The notes beneath the pieces were generated by a model that searched no databases, was not told where the DNA came from, and was given only the letters and a program-made list of their open reading frames with translations. From Octopus sinensis (taxonomy: Eukaryota), in NCBI RefSeq assembly GCF_006345805.1, contig NC_043006.1, forward strand, positions 54,188,001-54,252,000: a DNA stretch of 64,000 nt, given 5' to 3'. Below, piece by piece: positions 26,341-39,794 of this stretch; position 1 is the first letter of the stretch; each line of letters begins with the position of its first letter. A program made the position numbers and the translations under genes.

Positions 26341-27210
26341 TTCTTTTATCTTTTACTTATTTCAGTCAATAGACTGGGCACTGCCATGAAGGGTTTTTTC
26401 ACTCAAATAAATTGACCTCAGAACTTATTCTTTTTAAGCCTAGAGTACTTATTCTATCAGTTACTTTTGCTGAATCACTAAGTTATGGGAACATAAACAT
26501 ATCAACACCAGTCAATTGTCAAGCGGTGGTGAGGAGATAGACACAAAGACGCGCACACACACATATCATCATCATCATCGTTTATTGTCTGCTTTCCATG
26601 CTAGCATGGGTTGGACAATTTGACTGAGCACTGGCAAACCAGATGGCTGCGCCAGGCTTCAATCTGATCTAGCAGAGTTTCTACAGCTAGATGCCCTTCC
26701 TAATGCCAACCACTCCGAGAGTGTAGTGGGTGCTTTTATGTGCGACCTGCATGAGGGCCAGTCTGGCGGTACTGGCAACGGCCACGCTCGAAAATAGTGT
26801 TTTTCACGTGCCACCTGCACAGGAGCCAGTCCAGCAGCACTGGCAACGACCTCGCTCAAATGTTTTGTTCATGTACCACTGGCACAAGTGCCAGTAAGGC
26901 GACGCTGTTAACGATCACGCTCAAATGGTGCTTTTTATGTGCCCACCGGCACGGAAGCCAGAAAGCTGCTCTGGCAGTGTTCCCGTTTGGACGGAGCTGT
27001 TAGCGCTCCACTGGCGTGGGTGCCAGTCATCGAATTTGGTTCAATTTCGATTTCATATATATATATATATGTGTGTGTGTATGATGGGCTTCCATATACC
27101 AAATCCACTAATAAGGCTTTGGTTGGCCTAAGGCTATAGTAGAAGACACTTGCTCAAGGTGCCATGCGGTTGGGAAGCAAGCTTCTTACTACACAGCCAT
27201 GCCTTCACCT
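26341..27210 (-). mobile_element. SINE family A split by a family C element
   Basis: tail at 26341-26563, head at 27055-27210. Confidence 0.85.
26564..27054 (-). mobile_element. Long family C element with internal minisatellite of about 60-65 bp
   Basis: (CAT)n tail, GATGCCCTTCCTAATGCCAACC core, four GC-rich units TGTG..AC..GCAC...GCCAG...CTGGCA.CG...CGCTC. Confidence 0.85.
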
Positions 27211-30200
27211 ATTAACTAACTAACTAACTAACATTTGATTGACAAAAAAATATTGATAATAAACAGTTTTTTTGTGTTGTGAATTAGATCTAATAGTTTT
27301 TACTAAAAGATTCAGTTTTAACAATGTAAGAAAGTCTCATATCACATGTAGTTGTTTCGTAGTTATGGTCAGTTCTACTGTAGTGGACATAGTATATACT
27401 GGTAACTGTTTAAATGTATAGGTGCCACTCATGAATCCCATTCTGAAATCTTTTTTTGGCTCTCTATTTCTATCTCTTTTGATTGTTTGTTTTTTAATTA
27501 TTAAGTCAGAGACAGAAAGGCATCATCCATGACCCTTTTCATGGCCTTTGACACTGATTGAAATAGGGAAGGAGATTATCTTTAGACCAGAAAACTGCCC
27601 TGAGTGGTTGCAACAAGTTTACTGTAGTATGGGCACCCACGGACCATATGATAGTTTGAACTGGGCAGTGATTTTAGTCTCTGCCCACTATGCCCAAAAA
27701 CAGGGGGACAGCACCTGACTAGCTTCAACATTTAGCATTTATCCAATTTCACAAGTAAAGCTTTGTTCAACCTCAAGGTTATGATAGAAAACTCTCTTTT
27801 GTCTCTTTCCCTTGAGTGCCTCCCCCCCTTTCTTTCTTTATCTTTTCTCTCCTTTTTTCTATTCTTCCTCCCTTATTCTTTTTTCACATTTCTCTTCCCT
27901 TCTAGTTTTGCTTTTTCCTTACTGACTGTCCTCAAATTTTCACCTTCTCTGTCTCCCTGTATCGCTTCTTCACTTTATTTTCATTTCTCTTTCTTTCTCT
28001 AACTATCCCTCCTCTCCTCTCCACCATTTCCTTATTAGTGGACAAATCAAGATGGTAGGTAATGAAGGTAAACCTGTGCAATATATTGGTTCCTGGTTTA
28101 GCCCCTCTAAAAACCTGTCTCATAACCTCCCAAATTGTATCCATCATACAACTTTTTCTCTATTGCAGTGTTGTGTGTGTGTGACTTAACTACTCACAGA
28201 GGAGTTGAATGTGGGACCCATGAGCTGATAAAACACTAGTCAGTTTTATATTGTTGTCACTGGTTACAGCAATGAATGTACTTATATATTAGTGTGGTGT
28301 ACTCTGCATTTGAGAGCTAAATGTCCTTCTTGACCAATGAATACAAACCGCTGTTGATGATAAGATATGTTTCTGACCATACCAGTCTCCTGTCCCTTTC
28401 ACCAACTGTATTAACAGTCACACCCTTCTTCTATTTCTGTTTTGTTCACACATACAAATACATAGGAATATGGAAAATGTAGAAAAACAATTCTTTGTTC
28501 AGCTTTAATGTAGTCTATGTGTTTGTGTATGTGTATTAACAGAAAGTTCCCAGTGAAGGAGAGTGCAAAAGAAGTGAGGAAAGAAAAGAAAAGGCCTATA
28601 TTTTGACCCTTTTTAGCATCACCCTGCTATTACTACCATCACCACCACCACTAAATTTCCTTGTACCTAGAATGACTTCTTTAATAGTTTCTAAGGCTAT
28701 TTGTTTGTTGTAGGTTTGTCTCCCCCACTCCCACTCTTGGGGAGGGAAACCTCATTAAACTGGGTTCATTTGAATGTTTCCACTGACCAGAAATGACTTA
28801 TTTCATGCTATTTGTGTCATTGTTATTGTTGTTTATTGACATTTTTATCAATTTTTTTCTCCTTTCCCTACTATTTATCCTGTATCTAAGCAAATTATTG
28901 GAATGCTGCTGTTGCCTAGAAATCTGAAAAACTCCCAATGAGAACTTAGGAATGACACTTGGTTTTGGCTTAATGTTGAATGCTGTATGGAGGTAGAGGG
29001 TGTGTGTGTATGTATGAGAGAGAGAGAGAGAGTTGAGTTATGTGTGTTAAGGGAAGAAACCTTCTCTGACCCCATCCTCACAACAATATTCACTGAAGCC
29101 AGCACATAGTGTGTTTCCTATTGCTAGGTTTGTGCTGGACCTGACTGAACTGGCTGTTTTAACTGTCACCAAGGTGCATCCCGCTACTGGGTAGAAGGCA
29201 GAGTAAATAAGAGTACCTACATATGAGATAGCAGAGGTTGATGATGGAGATGATGGTAGTGTTTAGTTGGGTAAGACTGGTATTTGCTAATCTGGGAGAT
29301 TGGTGTTAAGATGGTAAGAAAGATCAGGGAAAAGGAAGACATTTTTCCCCACTCACCCCTTTCTTTGTGTCTATTGTACTGTCATCTCTCCTTCTCCACC
29401 ATCCTGCTTGGCTAGCAACAGCTGTTTCAGGTGGGGTGGGCAGGTTGAAAGAAAAAAATGGATGTTGTTATTTGACAGTGTGATGGGATGGCATTTTTTT
29501 TCCAGAGTTAGAAAAGAAAACAGATTCTGTATAAGGACTTTCTTGGTCCTTATTGACTCCCTACTCAATGTAGCACTTATTCTCTCCATTTTCTTTCACA
29601 CACACACACATCTATAGGTACATATATGTCTTGTCTGCGTGTGACTTATATTTTTTGAATGTATGTAATTTATCAAATCTTTGTTATACTTTTTTTCTTG
29701 AGTGTGGTGAAGAAGAGTCAGTTGGGAAATTTTTATTTTGTTAAGAATTTTCTTTTGTTCTTTCCCTTTTTTTCTTATTCTTTTTGTTGATCCTTCCACA
29801 TATTTAAAACAGAAACCAAAAATATCAACCAAACAAAAATTTCTAAAAACTGCTATCAGTTTTCTCTTGCCTAATTTTGGTAAAGCCATTCAACACTCTC
29901 ATTTTCCTTGCTAGAGGGTGGGTGTGCCTTAGAGCATGTATGTGTGTGATAGACTCAAAGTGTGCTTTCCCACTCACAGTTACACTCCTTGTTCCCTCCA
30001 CCACCACCACTATCACCTTCACCTCTTCTGACTTCCAAAAAAACCTCATAATTCAACTGTATTTTCAGGGGTGGGGGGAATGAAAGAAACCGTGCATTTT
30101 CTTCCCACCCTTCCTCTTCCTCCTCCTCCTCCTCAGTTACTCCCACTCCCTTTAACTCTATTTTCACTTTCTTCTATTAAGGAAGATTACCTGAAGAAAG

Positions 30201-33200
30201 ACAGAAAGAGAGAGACAGAGAGAGAGAAAGAAAAGGATAGAGAAGAAAGCATTTTTTTAATGCTGTAGGGAGGGGATAGTAATATATTTTTTGTCACATT
30301 TTCTCATTTGACTCCCCTCTCTCTACTACCTCTACACCCATCCACAATCACACATATATATATAAAGTACACACACATTTCATAGTTTAGTTTGGTACTT
30401 AAGTATTTTGATATCTCATTAAAGTGCTGCTGATCTATCTTATGAATGCATAGAGGAGAAGGGGTGACATTATTAACCCCTAGGGAGGTCATTTGTTTAC
30501 TTGCACCCTCAGCACCCCCCCTCACTATTGCTGGTATTCCCTCACACCATTACCCACTGCTAATACTACTCTAGTCCTCTGTCAGATTGTCATTAAGTCT
30601 GATATTCATACTGTTTTCTGCCAGCATCTTAGGTCTTTGTTTCTCTTTACTAGAACTTGTTAACATTGCAGCTTATGGTGTCTATTTACCAAATAGATGG
30701 AATAGTTTTCTCACATGCATGCTGAAGAATGCATGTAAACCGTGTGCATCTTTATCTGCATGTGTATGTGTGCAACATGCAGCTGTGTGTGTTGATGATG
30801 TGGTTGTGTAAACATATGTAGATATACATTTCTGGGCTTAGGTTTGTTGTGTGTGTGTGTGTGTGTGTCTGTGTGTGTTTGTGCCCTAAATATGTAAACA
30901 TATATGGTGAATTTAAAAGATGCCTACTGATATACATTATCACGCACACATATACATACAAGACTCACACTGTACATTAACAATTTAAGACAAAGAAAAG
31001 TAGGAAGAGTATCACACCCTTCCTACATGACTACCCAAAATATAGTATGGGTGAGGGTATTTTGTTACCAGACATTTACGAAATCTCTAATGATCTTTCT
31101 ATATAAGCTAGGTGTGTAGTCTAGATATTGTGACGTCAAATATTCTAATTATCCTACCACAATTTCAAACTGTGTTAACTTCAAACAGGATTATTACAGT
31201 AGCAGACCTAGATGTATCATCAAAAAATAGTTCTTTTCACAACCATGGGGTTCCGGATTTGATCCCAGTGTATGGCACCTTGAGCAAATGACTTCTAAGA
31301 CCCTTGACTAACTATTACACATTACTCTTTCTGGTCTCATTACTCCTATCATTGTTTCTACCTCACTTCATCCATTTGTTCTGGTTCTTCTACCATCACT
31401 CTCACTATTACTAACCTCTTCAGTCACATTCATGTCTTAAATGAGTTACTCTGCATTCTTATGGTATATAGTACAACCAACTCCTCATACCTACTGTACA
31501 GTGGTTGGTGAATGAATGAAACGGAAGCATAGTTTTGAGAGAACCCTTCTGTCTTGCCTTGTCCAGTACATAACAACCTCTTTAATGTTGGTGTCGCAAT
31601 AAAATGCACCTTGTACATTCTGTAAAGTGATTAGTGTCAAGAAGGGCTCCAGCTGTACATACAAGGCAAGACATGGTCCTCATAAGAAGAACTGACTTGG
31701 ACTGTGATGAACTATCCAACTCGTGTTAGCCTGAAAAACAAGTATAAAATTCTGATGATGATATCTCTACTGAAGAAAAAATAGATCTATATAGGATTTG
31801 AATTCCTATTGGAATGAGAGTTTAACTCTCTCTACCATTTCTATCAATTTCTCTGGTGAGTCATGCATGCCACAGTTAACTGGACCATACCTTCTCTGAG
31901 GTTTCTTTCTTTCAGTGTTATTTCATCTTTTGTCTTTAAGAAACCTTTCCTGCACCCTAAAACTGAATGTTGAACACCTGACCATCATCAGATCCTTTCC
32001 ATCCTGACAGCTCACACTGCTTGTTTTAGAGCAGAACATAAGAAGGTGGAGTTGATTTGTCTGTGAGAAGCTATATAATATACTATGGCTTTGTGTCACA
32101 ACATATTTTACTAGGCATTTTAGACAGACTGTCAGAAAAAAGAATAAATAAAGGTCAGATTATAAATCTGAGGCTCTTTTGGTTTAAGAGCTGGTCAATC
32201 AGTGGCTACCTGATCATTTCTTACTAGAATTATCAGTATTTCTTCTAAAATCGCATTTCACTATCTTATAAAAGAAAAGCTACACTGGATAATGCAAAAA
32301 GACATAACTGGAATATCTTTGATCCTATGCTTTGTTCTGTTGGACTGCTCTGGAGTTAAACAATATTTTGTCACCCATGTATATATGTATGTGTGTGTGT
32401 GTGGAGTGTAATTAAGACTATACAGAACACAAATGCTACCTTTACAATAGAATTAATCTTCTATGAAGATTGAAACTGAAAACTTTATTTTTCCTGTTTG
32501 TATGTCAATTTTGCAGTTAGGAACATTGTTTCCCAAACAACTCACACTCATTCTTGAAGGGTAAGAAAAAGAGGATGTTGAGTGACAGCAGTAAGCATTA
32601 CTCTCATTGTTCATAACTGTAGCACTACGTTTGAGCCATAAATATATACATTTATGTATATATATCATACATGTTTTCGACAGCTCTCATCAGTTTTTCA
32701 TCATCTTCTTGTATCTAAATGGATTCTGTGTTTCTTTTCTATAAATGCTGCTTTATATATGCTCTGAATATTTATTTCGAACAACCAACTTCTGACAACG
32801 CATAGTTAACATTTTCTCATTCATCATCTTACACTGCATTTTCATCTGAAAGCAGGAATAAATTTCCTTAAATTTATCAGCTACTGTATGACCTCAGCAA
32901 TGCAGATTTTAAAATTTCCAGATACCAGTTATTTTAAGCATTAATTATGAGATTTTTTTTAACATTCTGGTTAGAGCAAGCTGATTTCCTAGAAACAGTT
33001 GACTACTGTATTTTATTCACTAGAAGCAGAAAAGGATGAGAAAAGTTTTTTTCTTATTTTCTGAGAGTTTTTCTTCATTGTAGGAAAATGAATCCATATT
33101 TTGGAGTGTAAGGCATACAAATTTAGCCTCACAGTGAGAAATAATCGAATTGGTTGCATCACAGGTTCATTTCATTGTGGGCAGAATAAATGGCATTGCT

Positions 33201-36200
33201 GTGACTAGTTTCTAGAGTTATTTAGGCCTTCATCAGAAGAAGACACTGACCATTTTAACAGTTCTAGCTTGTATACACTGTACATAACTGTACGCTACTT
33301 AATTTTTCTGTGGACCAAAGACAAGTATTCTTTCACCAGTGAAAGTGTAAGGCTAGAAATTAGTCAAAAGGGTTCCCATTTTTATCATCCCATAAGAATA
33401 TAAAACCTATGGTGTAACAATTTTGTTTCATTTTCAGTGAGGCTACAAAAATAGACATACCTCTGCATTCCAAGTTTACCAAAAAGGCTATGTATTGTAC
33501 TACAAATTAATTACAGCTACTTAATTAATTAATTTGTAAATTTTTGTTTGAACTGGAATTGTGTCTTTGTGTAGGCTTATATTTCAGTTTGTATATCTGT
33601 TTATGTTGTCTGGTAGGCTTAGTTAGCTGTAATTCTAAATAGCTAATCAAACATTTTAGTGCAGGTCCCAGGATTCCTTTTCTTTGTTTTCAAAGCCACA
33701 CGTGGTTTGTATAAGCCAGGAAGTTTGTATTGGTCAGATGAGAATGTTGGGGCAGAGTCTTCTACATCCAGCTGCCTTCCTGATGTTGGTTATGCAGAAC
33801 TTTTTGGGTTTTTTTGCAAGATCATGCAACATGTCAGGGTATGTAATAAACCCTGGATGTACCTTCGTGATGAACTTCATTGCAAATGGCACTGTATGAA
33901 TAATGAGGCTTCTGCTTAAACTCAGTGAAGACATATGAAGACAGGGGCAACGTGTGTACACACACACTCACTCACTCGTGATGGACTTCAGTTTCCATCT
34001 ATCATTTTTATTTGCAAGGTATTGGTCCATGGCTATAGTCAATGGCCAACAGCATTCACACATTGAGACTGAACCTTTATCTACATAGTTCCAAGGTGTG
34101 GTCTCCAGTTATTATCTGGTACCTACCCATAATTTCTGTTCACACAGAATTAAATGTTCTGCTTAAATAGGCAACAGAAAGTAACTGAATTAGATTTGAA
34201 CTGAAGATCAATGCTAAGCTGGTAAAAAGCTTAACAAGAGTCCAAAATCTTAGTCTTTTAATATGTTAGAGCAATAGAATTTGACTTCCAATGATATTAG
34301 AACAAAAGCCACACAGCTGTGTCCCATACAACTCTCTCTTGTTGTTTGTCACTGACCAAATCAAACCATTTTGAGACGAGTTTGCAGTTAGTCTGCATTT
34401 CATGAATAAGTGACTTGATACATGGACTGATGGTCAATATAAAGTTTGTCCTGTTGACATGCAGCTGTGACTTCAGTTTTCTACCATGGTGATGCTGTTA
34501 ACCCAAGTGTGTGCTTGTATTAATGGCTGGTCTGAAAAAATATTACTGGAGGGTATCAACACATATGGCCAATCCAGTGAAGGACAGTGGGTCTTAAGTA
34601 CAAACAAGACTGTTTTCACATCGCAATCTGCTTGTTTGGAGGTTGCATGCACCTGCACTGGGTCAATGACACACAGTCATCTTCTTAGACACCAGTTGTC
34701 AAATATTTCCAAATGACAGAAAAAAAAATCAACAATTTTGATATATATATATGTATTGGAGCAAATTGTCAAAAGTCAGATGATTGGTTGACATTTTGAG
34801 ATGAAACATTTAAATGGTTTATTTTTTTCCAATGCCACAACTTTACTTAAACTAGTTCAGAGCTGACCAAAGTTTAACTATCAACACAAACATCCTAGAA
34901 ATGTATCCATCCAGTTGATCTTCTATATCACCCTGTCCCTCATCCCAATCTCTAAGTTAATTCTTTCCCAGCTCTTTCCCTCCTCCTCTCAAACTTGTTG
35001 ACAAGTTACAGGTGTTGATCATATTATTATTATTACTATTATTATTATCATTATTATTTGTGAAATAACTTCACTTGGAGAAGCTATTTCACAAATATGA
35101 CAAGAAGCCATCAAACAATATCAGATGTTCCAGTTGAAAATCTGGCCTTTAGGGTGTGTGGGAATATTGTTTAACCTATTCATTGTTGTCCTTCAAGCAC
35201 CTCTCCCACCTTCTCATCTCCCCTTATACATACCTACTCATATAAGCACTTGCATTCTCACTATAACTTTCACATTACCACCCTCTTCATCCACCTTTGG
35301 CTCTCATACACACACACACACATTGTCTTTCACTTACATTTACATTTGAAGATTCCTATACATATACATGTGCACTGATTCATATACACACTTCCGGAAA
35401 GGAGTGCAAAGGCCCACCAGATAAATAAACGTTTTTTAGGACAGAATCCACCATAACAAATAGGATGGAAATATGCACTTATTCACCCTCTATGCTGCTT
35501 TGTTGTGGGTCTCAGCTCTGATGTGTGATTGTACTTAGTGTAGGTCAAAGATCAAACATTTGGCTAACCAAACCTTAAATATGGAAATAAGGCACTATTT
35601 TCCATCTTCAGTCATGAACAGTTGCTATTATGTCATGGTGCTTGACTATTATATAGTCATGAGTTAAAATCTTACTATTGTATTTTCTGGCTTATGAGTT
35701 GATAGAGTATATAGTGTAAATATTCAAACATCAATGTTGCTTACAAATTATGCTGCATTTCATATGCATATTTCTTTTTCGTCCTTCACAGCCATCTTCG
35801 TATATAAGTTGACCTCCCTTTGTTTAACTGTAAATTTTGATCTGAAAAATCTGACTTGTATGCTAGAAAGTGTAATAGCAGCCATTTACCTTGTGCTTTT
35901 GAGCAAGATGCATGACTGTTCATTTGTCTTGCCTGATTGACAAATAGGTTTCATTTGCACTTGTAGTTAACATTAAACAAAGATGTCTAAGTTTAAAGAT
36001 GAAGCTCTAATGATTAATGTACAGTATTCTGAGAAATGGCATAAAATGCTAAAGCAAATGAGAGGCTGATCAATAAAGATCTATAAATACAAACCTCTAA
36101 AACACATTTTAATTCATCTCATCTTATGAGTAACATTAGCAGTGAAAAAGATGTCCATATGTAAAAATGATTCATAGTACAAACAGAAAGTCAGCAAAAA

Positions 36201-36989
36201 AATTTCTTTTACTCCATTGCTTCCTTTGGTAAACATAAAACCTATCATATCCAATGCAGATTCTCTCCTTGGCCATAATGAACTTTTAAGAGCCAATTTG
36301 TTAGCTCTGATTTCATAGTATTAAGTAGATGAGAATAACATTTTTCTCCTGGCCAAGGTAATTGTTTATCACATCTTAACTTTACATATCCACTCTCTTT
36401 AACAGATCTGGTACCCATTTCTACTAAGAACTGAGTTAAGTGAGGTACTGTAAAGTGTTCTGTCCAGAAATAACAAAATGTAGTTATTCAACTTGTGAGA
36501 AATAGTAGTCAAGTCTTGCATAAATCACACACTACTGAACTAAAAAAAGAAAGAACAAATTGGATAATAGTCCTAGACATACTTGTGTCCAATTGCCTGG
36601 ATGGTTGTGGATGGCAAGATGGATTAGGGGAAATAGTTTAGTATTACTTCAGACACTTGTCCATTTTGTTTCTATCAGATTATCTGTGCTGAGAGTGAGA
36701 TAAAATATCAGGTTAGAAGGAATTGCAACAGTGTCAGGAGTTTCACTCACATTAGCCATTTCTCATTCACTAAAACTATTTTGAAGATAAATTTAATGGG
36801 GTCTCTTGTCTTTACACACATTAGTATAAATGTTATAACAACAATGCATTGTTCGAATGTTGTTATCCCTGATTAAGCAGATCTATAATTAGCGGTATTC
36901 TAACCTTAACCATCCAGTATTTTTTAAAGGGGATATCAAGGACAGTATTCTTTAAAATTTCTTCCATTTATCCATCTTCTCTGCTTACT

Positions 36990-37370
36990 ATTCCCAGGGT
37001 ATCATAGGAGTAAAGTCCTCATGCATTTCCTTCATGTGGTCCTATTGGAATCAACTGCCATTAGACTAGATTTCCAAGCATGACCAACCATTTCATTCTT
37101 AGTCTACCCCTGGGTCTCCTGCTGGTTGACTTGGCCTGCTCTTGTAATTCTTTCTGGCAACATTTTTACCACATTTTTTCACCTCTTCAAATAGCAGAGG
37201 GTGATTTGGGGGTGTGGTGGTTGCTCTTTCTAGCAGGTCAGCCACATAGATGCTTCCTTTTTGGCATGTGCAATAATATATTTGGGCTTGAATCCAAAGA
37301 AAGTGGTGATGTTCTCTGTTGGCAGGTATTAGTCCAATAAGAGAGAGACCAATAAGTTCATTAATAGGCA
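36990..37370 (-). mobile_element. RTE-clade LINE C-terminal remnant
   Basis: frameshifted VVKMLPERI.../RRPRGRLRMKW resembles the RTE terminal GHV.RM...RGRP..RW motif. Confidence 0.6.
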
Positions 37371-38409
37371 CAGAGATAGTAAAGAATATGAGCCGTCACC
37401 TGAGATCAAGGAAGGAGAAAAAGTAGAAAATGAATTTATTACAAACAAAATGTTTCTGTTGATTTTTACCTATAAGCCCATTACTGTTTTGCAGATCAGT
37501 AATTGTTGATTATTTACAGCAACAACAACAACAACAGTAGTGGTGGTGGCGATGGCGGGCAGCACCCCTGCTGAAACCTTTGAGTTCCTTAATGTAAATC
37601 ATTAATAAACATGGTAATATGCTGACATCTTCTTGGATAAAGTAGTGACTACAGCAGTTTCTTAACCCATTACCAAACCTATAAATTAAATATTTTTTAT
37701 GAATGAATTCTTTCTCTTCTCCTCATTTCTCCTTCTCTATTTTAAATTATTTACAATTTTGCATATGTATGCAAGAAAGTGTTAATGTTTATGGTTCTGT
37801 ATATGTCCTTGTTTGTAAGAATGTGTAATTTTTTTACAGCTGTCTGTGTGTTTATGTATAAGAGAGTACTAATTATCTAATTTGTCCATCTACTTGGATA
37901 GAACCTGTTTGTCCAGTTTGTGAAATACTGCTGTAGGGGAAGTAAGGGTGGTGGTGGTGGCTAGAAGACAAAATAAATGTTTTAACCCCCTTCTTCATGT
38001 GCTACCTATCAAGCTTTAACAGAATAGCTAAGTGTTCCTTCAAATCAAAATACATTTAACACTTGGCTTGGTGTTGCCCTTTCTTTAATCCCTGTCCACT
38101 AGACTAGGTTACTCTTGGCCCTTCCTAGGTAATAAAATCCATCAGATATGTAGGAATGCATCAGTTGGTTCTATGAAAAGGGATGCTAAAAATGTCATTA
38201 TATATACAAAGGGCTACTTAGCATACATTGAGCAGACCTGTGATTACAAATCTTTCAGTTATGACCACTTTGTTTTTATTCAAATACAACATATTTAGGA
38301 CCATGTTATTGAGCGTATTTCTTCTTTTGGTGAGACTGTGAGGTGTGATTCAAGATTTGGTGACTATGTCTAGCAACCTGAGTATTCACATATTCATCCA
38401 AGGCCCATG

Positions 38410-39740
38410 CAGTAAATAGTGGAGAGAGTTCTTTGCTACCAGCAGTGTTAATAGCTTCCTGAATTGTTCCCAACTATTCTTACTCTGGCTCCACCTCCAC
38501 TACTTGATTAAACTACCTCAGTAACAGTAGCTGTTAAGTACTTGTAAGAAGTCTTCTGGGTATTTGAGGCAATATATTTTATATGTACTCTTCCTGCTAA
38601 CTGTTTCAGTACATGTGCCACATACATAGTCTACTTGCTGTTTTCTTGTGATCTTAGTGCTTCTCTTGTGTGCCCATAGTTTACACTAAGTACACAGTAT
38701 ATAATTTGTATCTATACATTGCCTGCTCATTGAGCATATCCACTTTCCAGATATCCAATATGGTTCTAATCTTTTAACTAAATCTTCTGTATTAGATTTA
38801 CTTATTAATTAAGCTATGAAAACTTAAGTTGTTGGTATACAGTCTTCATGGACAGCCAGTGTTAAATGCTTCCATTATGGTCTGGAACTGAGCTCCTGAT
38901 GAACACCTGCCTGCATACTAATTTTCTTACAGAACTAATTTCTGACTCTGTCTTTCCTAGAAGCACCTCTGTACATAGCTTGCATTGTTCTTACAAGTCA
39001 ACTCTGCTCTGTTTTCTTACTGGCCACCAGACTGCTGTCTGTGTAAACCCCCAATCAAAGACCTCCTGATTGATGGATATTGGCTTTCTTTTAGCTTAGA
39101 ACTCCTGCAACTGTTCCAATCAGAAGCGATCCTTAGTTTTATCTTATTCTGGTGCAAACTTGAAGTGAATTTTATCTAAGCTAATTCTGTTTTTAATTAG
39201 CTGTACTTAATTAGAAACAAAATTTCTGCTACTTTCATAACTTGGTCTGTCAATTTTGTGTTGTTTCTCTAGTTGCCTCTCTCTAGAGCATCTTTTTTTT
39301 TTTTTTTTGCCTTTGAAGCAATTACTATGGCAGTCGTTAGGGATAACATCTTCCTGTTACAACTTGATTGATTTTGATATGTCCTATTTCATCAGATATC
39401 TTCAACATGTCAACACCTTTTCACAATGGCTCTTTCAACCAAAAAGCTATCTGATTCAATAGCTGGTACTTCTGTTGCTTCAACTAGGAATGGTCCCTCT
39501 CTGCCATGCATTATCTTCATTTTACAGCCATCTGTAACATTTCCTAGCCTCTTTCTATATTGTTCATTAGCAACTGAAAGTCTGTGGATACTTTTTCAAT
39601 GATGTCCTGGTTTAGACTGATTATTTGTGACCCTGAATGTTTCATGCATCTGAGTCTGTCTTGCTATGTTTATATCTGATGTCTAGCTTCTCTTCTAACT
39701 ACTAGGTATCATTCCTTGTTCCTCCCCTCTTATCCATTCT
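38410..39740 (-). mobile_element. Degenerate RTE-clade LINE (RT plus downstream Cys-rich region)
   Basis: minus-strand frames give VFDW...VWWPVRK, LVRTMQAMYRG...GVHQ, EAFNTGCP*RLY, CKLWAHKR...YVCGTC, WEQFRKLLTLLV; many stops; motifs lie in about 38410-39100, the rest is less certain. Confidence 0.8.
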
Positions 39741-39794
39741 TTCTGGGCCTAGAATAATAGAGAGATGACATGATTGTTATAATGCAACATCATT

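Noticed and set aside
26735-26975. Regularly spaced repeats superficially like a CRISPR array
   Set aside because: These are tandem diverged units inside a eukaryotic retroelement, with no unique spacers or cas genes
36986-37040. Candidate minus-strand exon DHMKEMHEDFTPMIPWE
   Set aside because: Weak acceptor, and it lies in the RTE tail region
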